Positions 39,425 to 48,576 are shown, counted from the stretch's first letter. The stretch: DNA of 64,000 nt from an uncultured archaeon (GCA_963845205.1 CAWJRC010000004.1:185724-249723); one strand, 5' to 3'. Made by a program: numbers and translations. The notes: generated by a model from the letters alone, not told the origin.

Positions 39425-40783
39425 ATGAAATTATACAACACATTAAGCAGAAAAAAAGAAAAGTTTTCTCCAAATCAGGATAATTTAGTAAAGATATATG
39501 TCTGCGGGCCGACTATCTATGACTATGTCCATATAGGAAATTTGAGGGCTTATGTTTTTGCTGATCTGCTGAGAAGAACTCTGGAAATTAACAGATACAA
39601 AATAAAAGAGGTTATGAATCTTACAGATGTCGACGATAAGACAATAAAAAAAAGCCAGCAGGAAAAAAAGAAACTAAGGGATTTTACAGATGTTTATGAA
39701 AAAGCGTTTATTGAAGATATAAAAAAAATGAACATTGAAAAGCCGGAAGTTATGCCAAGGGCTACTGAACACATAAAGGAGATGGTTTCTCTCATAAAAA
39801 AACTTCTTGACAAAAAATTAGCATACAAGACAGATGACGGAATTTATTTCAAAGTTTCAAAATTCAAAAAATATGGTAAATTGTCCGGAACAAAAGTAAA
39901 GGAATTGAAAGTAGGCGCAAGCGAAAGGGTTCTGAAAGACGAGTATGAGAAAGAGAATGTGAATGATTTTGCGTTATGGAAATTTTATGACGAGAAAGAC
40001 GGAGATGTTTTCTGGAACACAGAAATCGGGAAGGGGAGGCCTGGGTGGCACATTGAATGTTCTGCAATGAGCATGAAATATTTAGGGGAAAGCTTCGACA
40101 TCCATACAGGAGGAGTTGATCTTATTTTTCCGCACCATGAAAATGAAATTGCCCAGAGCGAAGGAGCAACAGGAAGAAAATTTGTAAATTTCTGGATGCA
40201 TAATGAATGGGTTCTGGTCGACGGAAAAAAAATGTCAAAATCTCTAGGGAACTTCTACAGGCTGGAAGATATAACTGAAAAAAACTTTTCTCCATTAGAT
40301 CTAAGATATTTTTATCTTTCAGTACATTACAGAAAGCCCCTGAATTTCACTTTTTTAAATCTGGAGAATTCAAAAAATTCATTAAAGAGACTGAATGAAA
40401 TAATTTTGCAGATTAAAAACAGCAGTGAGAAAGTAAACAAAAAAAATATCGAAAATGCAAAGAAAAAATTTCTAGAAATAATAAATGACGATTTAAATTC
40501 ACCAAATGCGTTATCATATCTTTGGGATATCCTGAGAGATGAAAAGCTAAACAATTCTGAAAAGTATGAACTTGCAATTTACTTCGATAAAATTTTCGGG
40601 TTAAATCTTGGAAAAGAAGAAAAAATAAAAATTCCCGACGAAATAAAGAAGCTTGTTGATGGAAGAGAAGATGCGAGAAAAAATAAAAACTGGAAAAGAG
40701 CAGACGAACTTAGAGAAAAGATTAAAAACAAAGGATATCAAATTAATGATACAAAAGAGGGATATAATCTGAAAAAGATTTAA
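39425..40783 (+). CDS. cysS: cysteinyl-tRNA synthetase
   Basis: HIGN and KMSKS class I motifs plus the CysRS-typical WHIECS. Confidence 0.95.
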   Translation: MKLYNTLSRKKEKFSPNQDNLVKIYVCGPTIYDYVHIGNLRAYVFADLLRRTLEINRYKIKEVMNLTDVDDKTIKKSQQEKKKLRDFTDVYEKAFIEDIKKMNIEKPEVMPRATEHIKEMVSLIKKLLDKKLAYKTDDGIYFKVSKFKKYGKLSGTKVKELKVGASERVLKDEYEKENVNDFALWKFYDEKDGDVFWNTEIGKGRPGWHIECSAMSMKYLGESFDIHTGGVDLIFPHHENEIAQSEGATGRKFVNFWMHNEWVLVDGKKMSKSLGNFYRLEDITEKNFSPLDLRYFYLSVHYRKPLNFTFLNLENSKNSLKRLNEIILQIKNSSEKVNKKNIENAKKKFLEIINDDLNSPNALSYLWDILRDEKLNNSEKYELAIYFDKIFGLNLGKEEKIKIPDEIKKLVDGREDARKNKNWKRADELREKIKNKGYQINDTKEGYNLKKI

Positions 40784-41356
40784 ATGGAAATCAAAAATGT
40801 TTTGCTAGGAATTGTTATAGCAGTTATTTTTTTCATGTTCTGTGTTTACGGAACAAAACTTATGTACAAAGAGCCTGCATACAATGATTTCTGCAATGCT
40901 TCTTATCCTTATCCGGAAACAGCTCCCAATCAGTCATGCAGTTTTAATCCGGAATTACAGCAGAAAATAAACGATTGTTCTAACCAGAACGGGATTCCAA
41001 GATATGAATATGACAGCAGTGGATGTGAGAATAGTTTAATCTGTGATTTATGCAATTCTAACTTTACAAATGCCCAACAGGGATATTTTCAAAATTTATT
41101 TCTAATAAGTTTAATAATCGGATTAGTAATAATTGCATTTTCAGTGATTATAATAAAAGTTTCTGCAGTTTCCGGCGGATTGATGTTCGGAAGCCTTATG
41201 TTCATTATTTACGGCACAGCAGGATACTGGCAGTTTATGAATGATTTTTTGAGATTTGGAATTTTGGGTGCTGTTCTTGTAATTCTTATCTGGCTTGCTT
41301 ATTATCTAGCGAAAAAAAATTCAAAAATTAAAAATAAGATAAAAAGAAAAAAATAA
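40784..41356 (+). CDS. membrane protein with Cys-rich extracytoplasmic loop
   Basis: 190 aa with an N-terminal TM, a 6-Cys segment and further C-terminal TM segments. It starts directly after the cysS stop. Confidence 0.5.
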   Translation: MEIKNVLLGIVIAVIFFMFCVYGTKLMYKEPAYNDFCNASYPYPETAPNQSCSFNPELQQKINDCSNQNGIPRYEYDSSGCENSLICDLCNSNFTNAQQGYFQNLFLISLIIGLVIIAFSVIIIKVSAVSGGLMFGSLMFIIYGTAGYWQFMNDFLRFGILGAVLVILIWLAYYLAKKNSKIKNKIKRKK

Positions 41357-41418
41357 ATTACTAATCCATTTAATTTATAAATAATAAAAATTTGATATTA
41401 AAATAAAAGAGGGAAATA

Positions 41419-42720
41419 ATGGCAGCAAAAAAAGTTGAGTGGTATCACGATTTTATTGACAGAAAATATAAACCTAAAAGAACAGATCTGAAGGTTCTTT
41501 ATTATTTTGAATCGGCTAAAGGAGAAACCAAAGATGATGCTATAGGCAGAATTGCTTCAGAATCATCGACAGGAACATGGACGACACTTCATGAATTGCC
41601 TGCAAGAATGAAAAATTTAATGGCTACAGCGTATAAAGTTGATGGTAATTTTGTTCATATTGCTTATCCTCTTGACCTCTGGGAAAAAGGAAATCTCCCA
41701 CAGCTTTTAAGCGGAATTGCAGGAAATATTTTTGGGATGAAAGCATTGAAAAATTTAAGATTAGTCGATGCAGAACTGCCTCAGGAATATGTACAAAGCT
41801 TCAAGGGACCTAATCTTGGAATCGCAGGATTAAGAAAATATTTCAAGATTTATGACAGACCTTTATTGGGAGCTGTGCCAAAACCAAAAATCGGATTCAG
41901 CGCAGAAGAACATTCCAGAATTGCATTTGAGACCTGGATGGGTGGATTTGAGTTAGTAAAAGATGATGAAAATTTAACGAGCACGAGTTTCAATAATTTT
42001 TACAAAAGAGTGCAGTTTATGTCAAAGATGAGAGACAAAGCTGAAAAAGAAACCGGAGAAATAAAAGATGCTTTACTTAATATAACTGCAGAAACAGACG
42101 AGATGAAAAAAAGAGCTAAAACGCTTTATGATCACGGATTCAAATACGCAATGATTGATGTTGTTACAGCCGGAACAGCTGCAGTACAGACATTAAGAAA
42201 TGTTTTAGGAGATTATCACATGGCAATTCACGCGCACAGAGCAATGCATGCTGCTTTTGATAGAAATGAAAAACATGGTATAACAATGCAATTTCTTGCA
42301 AAGATAATGAAGCTTGCAGGAGTTGATGAACTTCATTCCGGAACAGGCGTTGGAAAACTTGTAGGTAGCGAGGAAGATATTGACGCAATTGCATCGGTAT
42401 TAAGAGATAGGATAGTAAAAGAAAAGAAAAATGTTCTACTTGAACAGAATTGGGGGAATATGAAACCTGCATTTCCAGTTTCTTCGGGGGGACTTCATCC
42501 AGGATTGGTTCCTGAGGAGTTAAAAATTTATGGAAAAGATGTTGTTCTTCTTATCTCTGGAGGGATTCACGGACATCCACAAGGGCCAAGGGCAGGAGCA
42601 AGAGCAGTAAGACAGGCAATAGACGCAACAAAAAGAAGAATCAGCCTTGAGGAGTATGCAAAAACACATTTAGAACTTAAAGAAGCTCTGGACAAATGGG
42701 GCAGAATGAGAACTAAATAA
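41419..42720 (+). CDS. rbcL: RuBisCO large subunit, form III-like
   Basis: SESSTGTWTT, GGFELVKDDENL (carbamylated Lys context), HAHRAMHAA and SGGIHGHP. No small-subunit gene is present. Confidence 0.9.
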   Translation: MAAKKVEWYHDFIDRKYKPKRTDLKVLYYFESAKGETKDDAIGRIASESSTGTWTTLHELPARMKNLMATAYKVDGNFVHIAYPLDLWEKGNLPQLLSGIAGNIFGMKALKNLRLVDAELPQEYVQSFKGPNLGIAGLRKYFKIYDRPLLGAVPKPKIGFSAEEHSRIAFETWMGGFELVKDDENLTSTSFNNFYKRVQFMSKMRDKAEKETGEIKDALLNITAETDEMKKRAKTLYDHGFKYAMIDVVTAGTAAVQTLRNVLGDYHMAIHAHRAMHAAFDRNEKHGITMQFLAKIMKLAGVDELHSGTGVGKLVGSEEDIDAIASVLRDRIVKEKKNVLLEQNWGNMKPAFPVSSGGLHPGLVPEELKIYGKDVVLLISGGIHGHPQGPRAGARAVRQAIDATKRRISLEEYAKTHLELKEALDKWGRMRTK

Positions 42721-42738
42721 ATCTAATAAAGGAATTAA

Positions 42739-42921
42739 ATGACAGAATATTTATTCAAAGTAAGAACTACTGAAGAGATTGATTTGTTACCTGAAGGAAG
42801 CTGTATTTATGTTGAAAAAGAATTGAAAAGGCATTATAGGGGAAAATGGAGTTCTATGGCAGGAACATATACAATAAAAGTTCCTAAAGATAAATGTGTT
42901 AAATTGGATGATTTAAAATGA
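42739..42921 (+). CDS. hypothetical mini-protein, ATGA-coupled to the NUDIX gene
   Basis: 60-aa ORF lying between the RuBisCO and NUDIX genes. Confidence 0.4.
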   Translation: MTEYLFKVRTTEEIDLLPEGSCIYVEKELKRHYRGKWSSMAGTYTIKVPKDKCVKLDDLK

Positions 42922-43364
42922 AAAAATACAGACATGCAATTTTTGCAGTAGTTTATACCATTAACAAAGGAAAAGTTGAATACGCCATCCTAAAGAGAAA
43001 AAAACACTGGAAGGGATGGGAATTTACAAAAGGCAAGATTGAAAAGTTTGAGACAAAAAGAATGGCTGCGCGAAGAGAAAGCGAAGAAGAAACAGGGCAG
43101 AAAATTTTGAGTGTAAAAAGATTTCATGTTGGCGGGATTTACAGATACAAGAAAAAATTAAACGACCGCCCGGGAATTATCGGACAGACATATCATCTAT
43201 TTGCTGTAAGAGTCAAAAAAGGGAAAATTAGACTTGATCCGCAAGAGCATTCTGAAGGCAGATGGATGAGTTTTGAGGAAGCAATGAAAAAGCTTACATG
43301 GCAGGATCAGAAAAAGTGCCTTAAGATAGTAAATGACTGGATTGAAAAAAGATTACTTCCTTAA
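42918..43364 (+). CDS. NUDIX hydrolase
   Basis: Nudix box GKIEKFETKRMAARRESEEETG (GX5EX7REUXEEXGU). Confidence 0.85.
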   Translation: MKKYRHAIFAVVYTINKGKVEYAILKRKKHWKGWEFTKGKIEKFETKRMAARRESEEETGQKILSVKRFHVGGIYRYKKKLNDRPGIIGQTYHLFAVRVKKGKIRLDPQEHSEGRWMSFEEAMKKLTWQDQKKCLKIVNDWIEKRLLP

Positions 43365-43820
43365 AAGATAATTTATCTTTTTATCCTTGGCGCCAAAAAA
43401 TTCTTTTGCAAATTCTGCCACTATTTCAGGGCTGTAATATTTGCATGAGAATACATCAAGATAAATATCATTTGTAAGATTTACAAAATGTCCTGAGATT
43501 AATGATGTTTCAATCAACTGCAACATTGAGAAACCTGAAACTTTCGGGTCTTCACCGAAATTGACTACAATGCATTCCCCAAATCTCTTCATATCAATAA
43601 GAATGCAGAGTTCTATAACAAATTTTCTGATTTCCTCTGCACTACGGACTTTTTCTGGATTGCAGGAATGCAAATCAATACTTGTAAGAAGTCCCCACGC
43701 CTTTTTTTCTTCATAATCTTTTTTTATTGTATCTTCATAAGAAAAATTTTCCCTGATGTCCATGCATAGTTCTGCCCCACGTTCATCAGAAAGTAAAATA
43801 TCAGTACGAACCTCGGGCAT
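43353..43820 (-). CDS. S-adenosylmethionine decarboxylase (SpeH)-related protein
   Basis: VSGFSMLQLIETSLISGHF...YLDVFSCK aligns by eye with the SpeH core VSGVVVISESHLTIHTWPE...IDLFTCG. The self-processing ES is replaced by ETS. Confidence 0.45.
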   Translation of the reverse strand: MPEVRTDILLSDERGAELCMDIRENFSYEDTIKKDYEEKKAWGLLTSIDLHSCNPEKVRSAEEIRKFVIELCILIDMKRFGECIVVNFGEDPKVSGFSMLQLIETSLISGHFVNLTNDIYLDVFSCKYYSPEIVAEFAKEFFGAKDKKINYLLRK

Positions 43821-44014
43821 TTCGGATATTTCTCACTTCCTCAGGGTGTAAGTAAAATTTCTGGAATATTGAACTTTACGAACATTTAATTTTGTCATGT
43901 AGTATTTTATTTATTTTTTATTTAAAAATTTATTTTTTCATTTTTGTGTGACATATTTTTCTCGACGATATCTTTAGGCGAAAACAATAAAAACTTCTCT
44001 TCCTTTTTGAAAGA

Positions 44015-44401
44015 ATGAAATTCAGAGAGTTCCTAACTAGCTCGGGAAAAAAAGTTCTAGCGGGAAAAAATGCAGAGCAGAATGAAGAACTTGTAAAGCA
44101 GTTCATAGGGAAAGACAACAGAATATTTCACACTTCTGCATCTGGAAGCCCTTTTTGTGTCATAGAGAAGATAAAACACGGCAAAAAAGATGAGGAAGAG
44201 ACAGCAATCTTCTGCGCTTCAAAAAGCCAGGACTGGAGAGACCACAAAGGAGATGTTGAAGTTAATTTTTTCAGAGGAGAAGACGTGTATAAAGACAAAG
44301 GCATGAAGACGGGAGCATTTGGGGTAAAGAGATATAGGACAATAATTGCTACAAGAAAAGATATCGAGAAATTTATTTCTAAAAATATAAAAACTCAGTA
44401 A
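44015..44401 (+). CDS. NFACT-R/DUF814 domain protein
   Basis: FREFLTSSGKKVLAGKNAEQNEELV...DNRIFHTSASGSPFCVI signature. Confidence 0.65.
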   Translation: MKFREFLTSSGKKVLAGKNAEQNEELVKQFIGKDNRIFHTSASGSPFCVIEKIKHGKKDEEETAIFCASKSQDWRDHKGDVEVNFFRGEDVYKDKGMKTGAFGVKRYRTIIATRKDIEKFISKNIKTQ

Positions 44402-44414
44402 AATTTGTTTTTGC

Positions 44415-44657
44415 ATGACAATAGAAATGCAGTTAGGGAAAAACGGAATAACTGAAAGTTTTATTCAGACTTTAAAAAATTATTTTGAGAAACAGGAAAG
44501 TTTGAAAATCTCTGTTCTAAAAAGCGCAAGAGGCGAGAATAGAAGTAAGATGAAAGAGTATTCTGAAGAGATTCTAGATAAATTAGGAAAAAATTACACT
44601 GCGAGAGTAATTGGATTCAAAATAATTCTTAAGAAATGGAGAAAAGCAAAAAGATAA
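44415..44657 (+). CDS. YhbY/CRM-domain RNA-binding protein
   Basis: QLGKNGITESFIQTLKNYFEKQESLKISVL...RVIGFKIIL signature. Confidence 0.7.
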   Translation: MTIEMQLGKNGITESFIQTLKNYFEKQESLKISVLKSARGENRSKMKEYSEEILDKLGKNYTARVIGFKIILKKWRKAKR

Positions 44658-44668
44658 TTATTCTTTTT

Positions 44669-45802
44669 TTAAGCAGTACCGCATTGAGTTCCTGTTGATG
44701 AAGAACTTGAACTGCCTCCACCAAATCCGTAAGATGCCTGATTTGTATCCAATGTTGTAGAACATGCTGAAGGAACAGTATTGAATGCGCTACAGATTAC
44801 TCCTTTAATAGCTTCTGGGCTTCTAGTGTCTATTGAAGCTTGAACACCATTTATTATCATAGTAGGACTTCCTGTAACTCCAACTGATTGTGCATTTTGA
44901 GCTTCTGCATTGAATAGACTAGTTCCTTCTGAAGACATACAGGAGTTGATAGTAGTTTCGTTAATTCCCAATTGGCTGTATATAGCCTGAATTAAAGGTT
45001 CTACACAAGCTGCATTAGTTGAACTACCTTCACAGTTTCCGATACCTGAGTTTGTAGCAAATGCAGAGATGTAATTTAAGTATTCTGAAGGATAATTCTT
45101 CTCTATACATAATTGCCTTTGAGTTTCTGTTGTTTCAAAGCAGTTGCTTCCAGTACATCCCTGAGGGTCATGCATTTCACCGATATATCTTATACTGAAA
45201 TTAATATCACTTCCAAGCAAACTTATTACAGGAAGAATTGCTTTTTCTGTCTGTAATCCATAAGGGCAGTATGCAAAAACATAAAGATCAACAACTGGCT
45301 TGTCTGTTTTAGGAATAGCTGCTGTTTGCGTATTAGAAGAAGTTGATGAAGTTTGTGATTGAGAACTAACATACTTAGCATATGAGTTTATATTTATCAT
45401 TCCTCCGCCCCAGTCTATATATTGTCCGTTATATGAAAGATAAATCGGAATCGTTGAATTCTTATAGTTTACATTAACAGTATAAACACCAATTTCAGTG
45501 GTATCATTAACAGATCCAAGAGTTGACCCGTTATCTGTAGTCAAATACTGATTCAAAAAGGTTACAACTTTTGTTCCTGCCTCATTTGCAGAGATTACTC
45601 CGCCAGTATCAGAACCTGAGAACATTGAAATCAAAAGAATAACAATCAAAATCCCGCAGATGAATGTAGCAAGCATCCATGGATTTCTTCTTACATTTTC
45701 AGTCATATTTTTTTTATGAGAATGTTCGGGCATATGCTCATATTCTTTATGCTCATGCTCGTGCTCATGCATATGTTCGTGCTCTTTTTTTTCTTCATCC
45801 AT
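44669..45802 (-). CDS. membrane-anchored DsbA/thioredoxin-fold-like protein with His-rich N-terminal tail
   Basis: HEHMHEHEHEHKEYEHMPEHSH tail, then one TM, then VFAYCPYG (single Cys where CxxC is expected), then VGVTGSPTMIINGVQ, which resembles the DsbA C-terminal motif. Confidence 0.45.
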   Translation of the reverse strand: MDEEKKEHEHMHEHEHEHKEYEHMPEHSHKKNMTENVRRNPWMLATFICGILIVILLISMFSGSDTGGVISANEAGTKVVTFLNQYLTTDNGSTLGSVNDTTEIGVYTVNVNYKNSTIPIYLSYNGQYIDWGGGMININSYAKYVSSQSQTSSTSSNTQTAAIPKTDKPVVDLYVFAYCPYGLQTEKAILPVISLLGSDINFSIRYIGEMHDPQGCTGSNCFETTETQRQLCIEKNYPSEYLNYISAFATNSGIGNCEGSSTNAACVEPLIQAIYSQLGINETTINSCMSSEGTSLFNAEAQNAQSVGVTGSPTMIINGVQASIDTRSPEAIKGVICSAFNTVPSACSTTLDTNQASYGFGGGSSSSSSTGTQCGTA

Positions 45803-45888
45803 TCCAAGGCTATGAAAATATCTTTTAAAAACTTTGTGGAGCTACAGTGAATAAATAAATATTAAAACTCCCCTGAATATTTTATAAT

Positions 45889-47199
45889 ATGCCTTATGAT
45901 ATTACCCTCGGAAGAGATGAAGGAGACAAAGAAAAATTTGGTGATGCGGGATTAATCTATATCGGAAAGGGTTATGTAAAAATGGGGCAGTATACCTCGC
46001 TTAGCAATAAAATTTTTATGGATGTTGCAAGAAGCCATGTTGTTCTTGTCGCAGGAAAAAGAGGAAGCGGAAAATCCTACACGCTTGGGGTTATTGCAGA
46101 AGAGATTTCAAATCTCCCAATTGAGGTAAGCAGGAATATTGCGTCACTGATTTTTGACACGATGGGGATTTACTGGACAATGAAATATGAAAATGAGAAA
46201 GACAGAAAACTTCTCAGAGACTGGGGGTTAAAAACAAAAATTCTTCCTGTAAAAATTTTTGTCCCATTCGGACATTACGATTCTTATCTTGAAAAAGGAA
46301 TTCCTGTTGATAAAAAATTTGCTCTGGATGTCAGGGAAATGAATCCTGAAGATTGGATCATAACATTCGGACTTGATATTATCCATCCTGTTTCTGTACT
46401 TATCCAAAGAACAATCAGCAAATTAAAAGAAAGAGAAAATTTTACAATAAAAGATATTATTTCTGTAATAAAACAAGATGAACAAACTGATAATGAAATT
46501 AAGAATGCAACAACCGGCTTGTTTGAAGCAGCAGATGACTGGGGAATTTTTGCTAAAGAAAATGAAACGCCTACAGAGATAAGAGATTTGATTACTGCAG
46601 GAACAACTTCTGTTTTAGATTTGAGTGTTTACAATTCTGTCGGAGCATTTAATGTGAGAGCTTTAGTTATCAGTTTAGTTTGCAGGAAAACCTTTAATCA
46701 GAGAATGGAATCAAGAAGGGGGGAAGAAATTCAATCTGTCTCGCAGGGAATTAATGTTTCTTTTATAGAAGAAAAAAAGGAAGAGCCTCTTGTATGGATG
46801 TTTATTGATGAGGCACACGAATTTCTTCCATTGGAAGGAAAAACTGCTGCGACAGATGCGCTTATACAACTGCTAAGAGAAGGAAGACAACCCGGAATTT
46901 CTATGGTCTTGGCAACGCAGCAACCAGGACAAATTCACAGAGATGTCATGACGCAATCGGACATTGTAATCTCACACAGAGTTACTGCACAGCCAGATAT
47001 AGATGCGCTGAATTACATAATGCAGAACTATCTTATCCAAGGAATAAGCGTTTACATGAATGATTTGCCTTCAGCAAAGGGAAGCGCTATTGTTCTTGAT
47101 GATAATTCAGAAAGAATTTACCCTATCAGGGTAAGGCCAAGATTCACATGGCACGGCGGAGAAGCTCCTACTGCTGTAGGATACAAACGGGAATTTTAA
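45889..47199 (+). CDS. HerA/FtsK-like P-loop ATPase (DUF87-type)
   Basis: Walker A VAGKRGSGKSYT only about 50 aa from the N-terminus, leaving little room for a full HAS barrel, and Walker B VWMFIDEAHEF. Confidence 0.7.
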   Translation: MPYDITLGRDEGDKEKFGDAGLIYIGKGYVKMGQYTSLSNKIFMDVARSHVVLVAGKRGSGKSYTLGVIAEEISNLPIEVSRNIASLIFDTMGIYWTMKYENEKDRKLLRDWGLKTKILPVKIFVPFGHYDSYLEKGIPVDKKFALDVREMNPEDWIITFGLDIIHPVSVLIQRTISKLKERENFTIKDIISVIKQDEQTDNEIKNATTGLFEAADDWGIFAKENETPTEIRDLITAGTTSVLDLSVYNSVGAFNVRALVISLVCRKTFNQRMESRRGEEIQSVSQGINVSFIEEKKEEPLVWMFIDEAHEFLPLEGKTAATDALIQLLREGRQPGISMVLATQQPGQIHRDVMTQSDIVISHRVTAQPDIDALNYIMQNYLIQGISVYMNDLPSAKGSAIVLDDNSERIYPIRVRPRFTWHGGEAPTAVGYKREF

Positions 47200-47320
47200 A
47201 ATTGAATATTGATAAAATAGAAATTTCTGTCTTATTTACTTAAACTCATAAAATTGAGTAGTCAGTTGCATGTAGACCATAAAATATTTTTGTTAAATTA
47301 ATTGATCTTTTAGCAAATTC

Positions 47321-47749
47321 TTAATCAGAGGATGTATTCAGAATCACTGCGTCGCTAATAAGAGTTTTAAGAGCCTTCTCGTTAATCTTGTCGCCTTTAT
47401 GGAAGTCGATGGCACGCCTCGTTTTACCATTTAGACTAGAATTGAATAGACCTGAGGGATCATCCAATGAAGCGCCCTTTGGGAAAGTCATCTTTACAAC
47501 ATCTTTGTAAATTTCGCCAGTACAGACCATTCCTTTGTGGTACCATACAGATGTTCCTGGAGATGAAGGTTTAACCCACTTCCACTCTTCAACGATTTTG
47601 GGGTCGGCTTGCTTGATCAAAGCACGGAGTCGGGAAAGCATTTCTCCGCGCCAGTCGCCTAACTCTCGAATTCTCGCGTCTATCATTCGAGACGCAGATT
47701 TTTTATCCGATAAAGACACTTTAATTTTCTCTTTTTGTTTATATTGCAT
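47321..47749 (-). CDS. DUF1801 (YdhG-like) domain protein
   Basis: DWRGEMLSRLRALIKQADPKIVEEWKW...MTFPKGASLDDPSGLFN pattern. Codons look more G+C-rich than in neighbouring genes. Confidence 0.6.
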   Translation of the reverse strand: MQYKQKEKIKVSLSDKKSASRMIDARIRELGDWRGEMLSRLRALIKQADPKIVEEWKWVKPSSPGTSVWYHKGMVCTGEIYKDVVKMTFPKGASLDDPSGLFNSSLNGKTRRAIDFHKGDKINEKALKTLISDAVILNTSSD

Positions 47750-47841
47750 AGATTGATTAAACTGATGGGTTTTATTAAATTTATCTAAACCCCCTTATGT
47801 ATTCTTTTAATGGATTAAAGTATAATTTGAGATATAAACAA

Positions 47842-47850
47842 ATCTAAACC
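47842..47850. repeat. left target-site duplication ATCTAAACC
   Basis: Identical 9-mer at 51092-51100. Each copy abuts the outer edge of a terminal inverted repeat. Confidence 0.8.
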
Positions 47851-47865
47851 GGCTTTGTAAATTAA
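47851..47865. repeat. left terminal inverted repeat GGCTTTGTAAATTAA
   Basis: Exact reverse complement of 51077-51091. Confidence 0.85.
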
Positions 47866-47898
47866 TTCCTATTTTGGACTGACTTTTTTTACAAAATT

Positions 47899-48576
47899 TT
47901 ATTGAGTCATTCTATCAAATTCAGTCATAATATTTGCTATATCCTGAATTGAATGATTTAATGGATTTAATTTCATTTGCATTTCTCTGCCTCTTCTTGC
48001 AATCTGCCTAATTGTTTCTATATCTTTAGGTTTAGTCATTAGTTCGTGGATTACTTTATTTCTTTTATCATTAAATTCTAAAAGAGATTTATATGTGGGA
48101 TTATCAATGATACCTAATAAATAGCTTATTGTAGTGTAATCTCTCAAGTATCTCGGATTAAATTTCTTTTTTAGTAACTCAAGTCTTTCTTTATCATTGT
48201 TTGTTAAATCCTCAATCTTTTTCTTTAGATATGCTTCAATGGTATTATGTATCAGGGAAATTGCTTCAATAAAACATTTGCTTCTTAAGGCATGTTCTAT
48301 AACATCTTCAAAACTATTTGGGTCAACTCTTGTTATTCTTACAAGTTCATCTATTTCTTGGTCTTTCCATGCAAGTTCTCTTTCTTCTTTTTCATACACA
48401 GATTCTACATCAAATAAATCATAATAATTACATTGGGGGCATTCATGAGGGCGATTAAATCCCATATCAGAATCTATTTGTTGACCTTCAGTCATCTCCG
48501 AATAGTCTTGTTCTAATTCTTCCATTTCTGCACCACATTTAGGACATTTTACCATAATTATCTTCCCTCGCACCAC
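47899..48576 (-). CDS. Zn-ribbon + HEPN-like domain protein
   Basis: N-terminal CPKCG...CPQC. The helical C-domain carries RNKVIH (Rx4H, codons 48046-48063). Its start overlaps the transposase 3' end. Confidence 0.55.
   Translation of the reverse strand: MVRGKIIMVKCPKCGAEMEELEQDYSEMTEGQQIDSDMGFNRPHECPQCNYYDLFDVESVYEKEERELAWKDQEIDELVRITRVDPNSFEDVIEHALRSKCFIEAISLIHNTIEAYLKKKIEDLTNNDKERLELLKKKFNPRYLRDYTTISYLLGIIDNPTYKSLLEFNDKRNKVIHELMTKPKDIETIRQIARRGREMQMKLNPLNHSIQDIANIMTEFDRMTQ

Noticed and set aside
43930-44118. 62-aa minus-strand ORF
   Set aside because: It overlaps the start of the DUF814 gene on the opposite strand and has no supporting motif.
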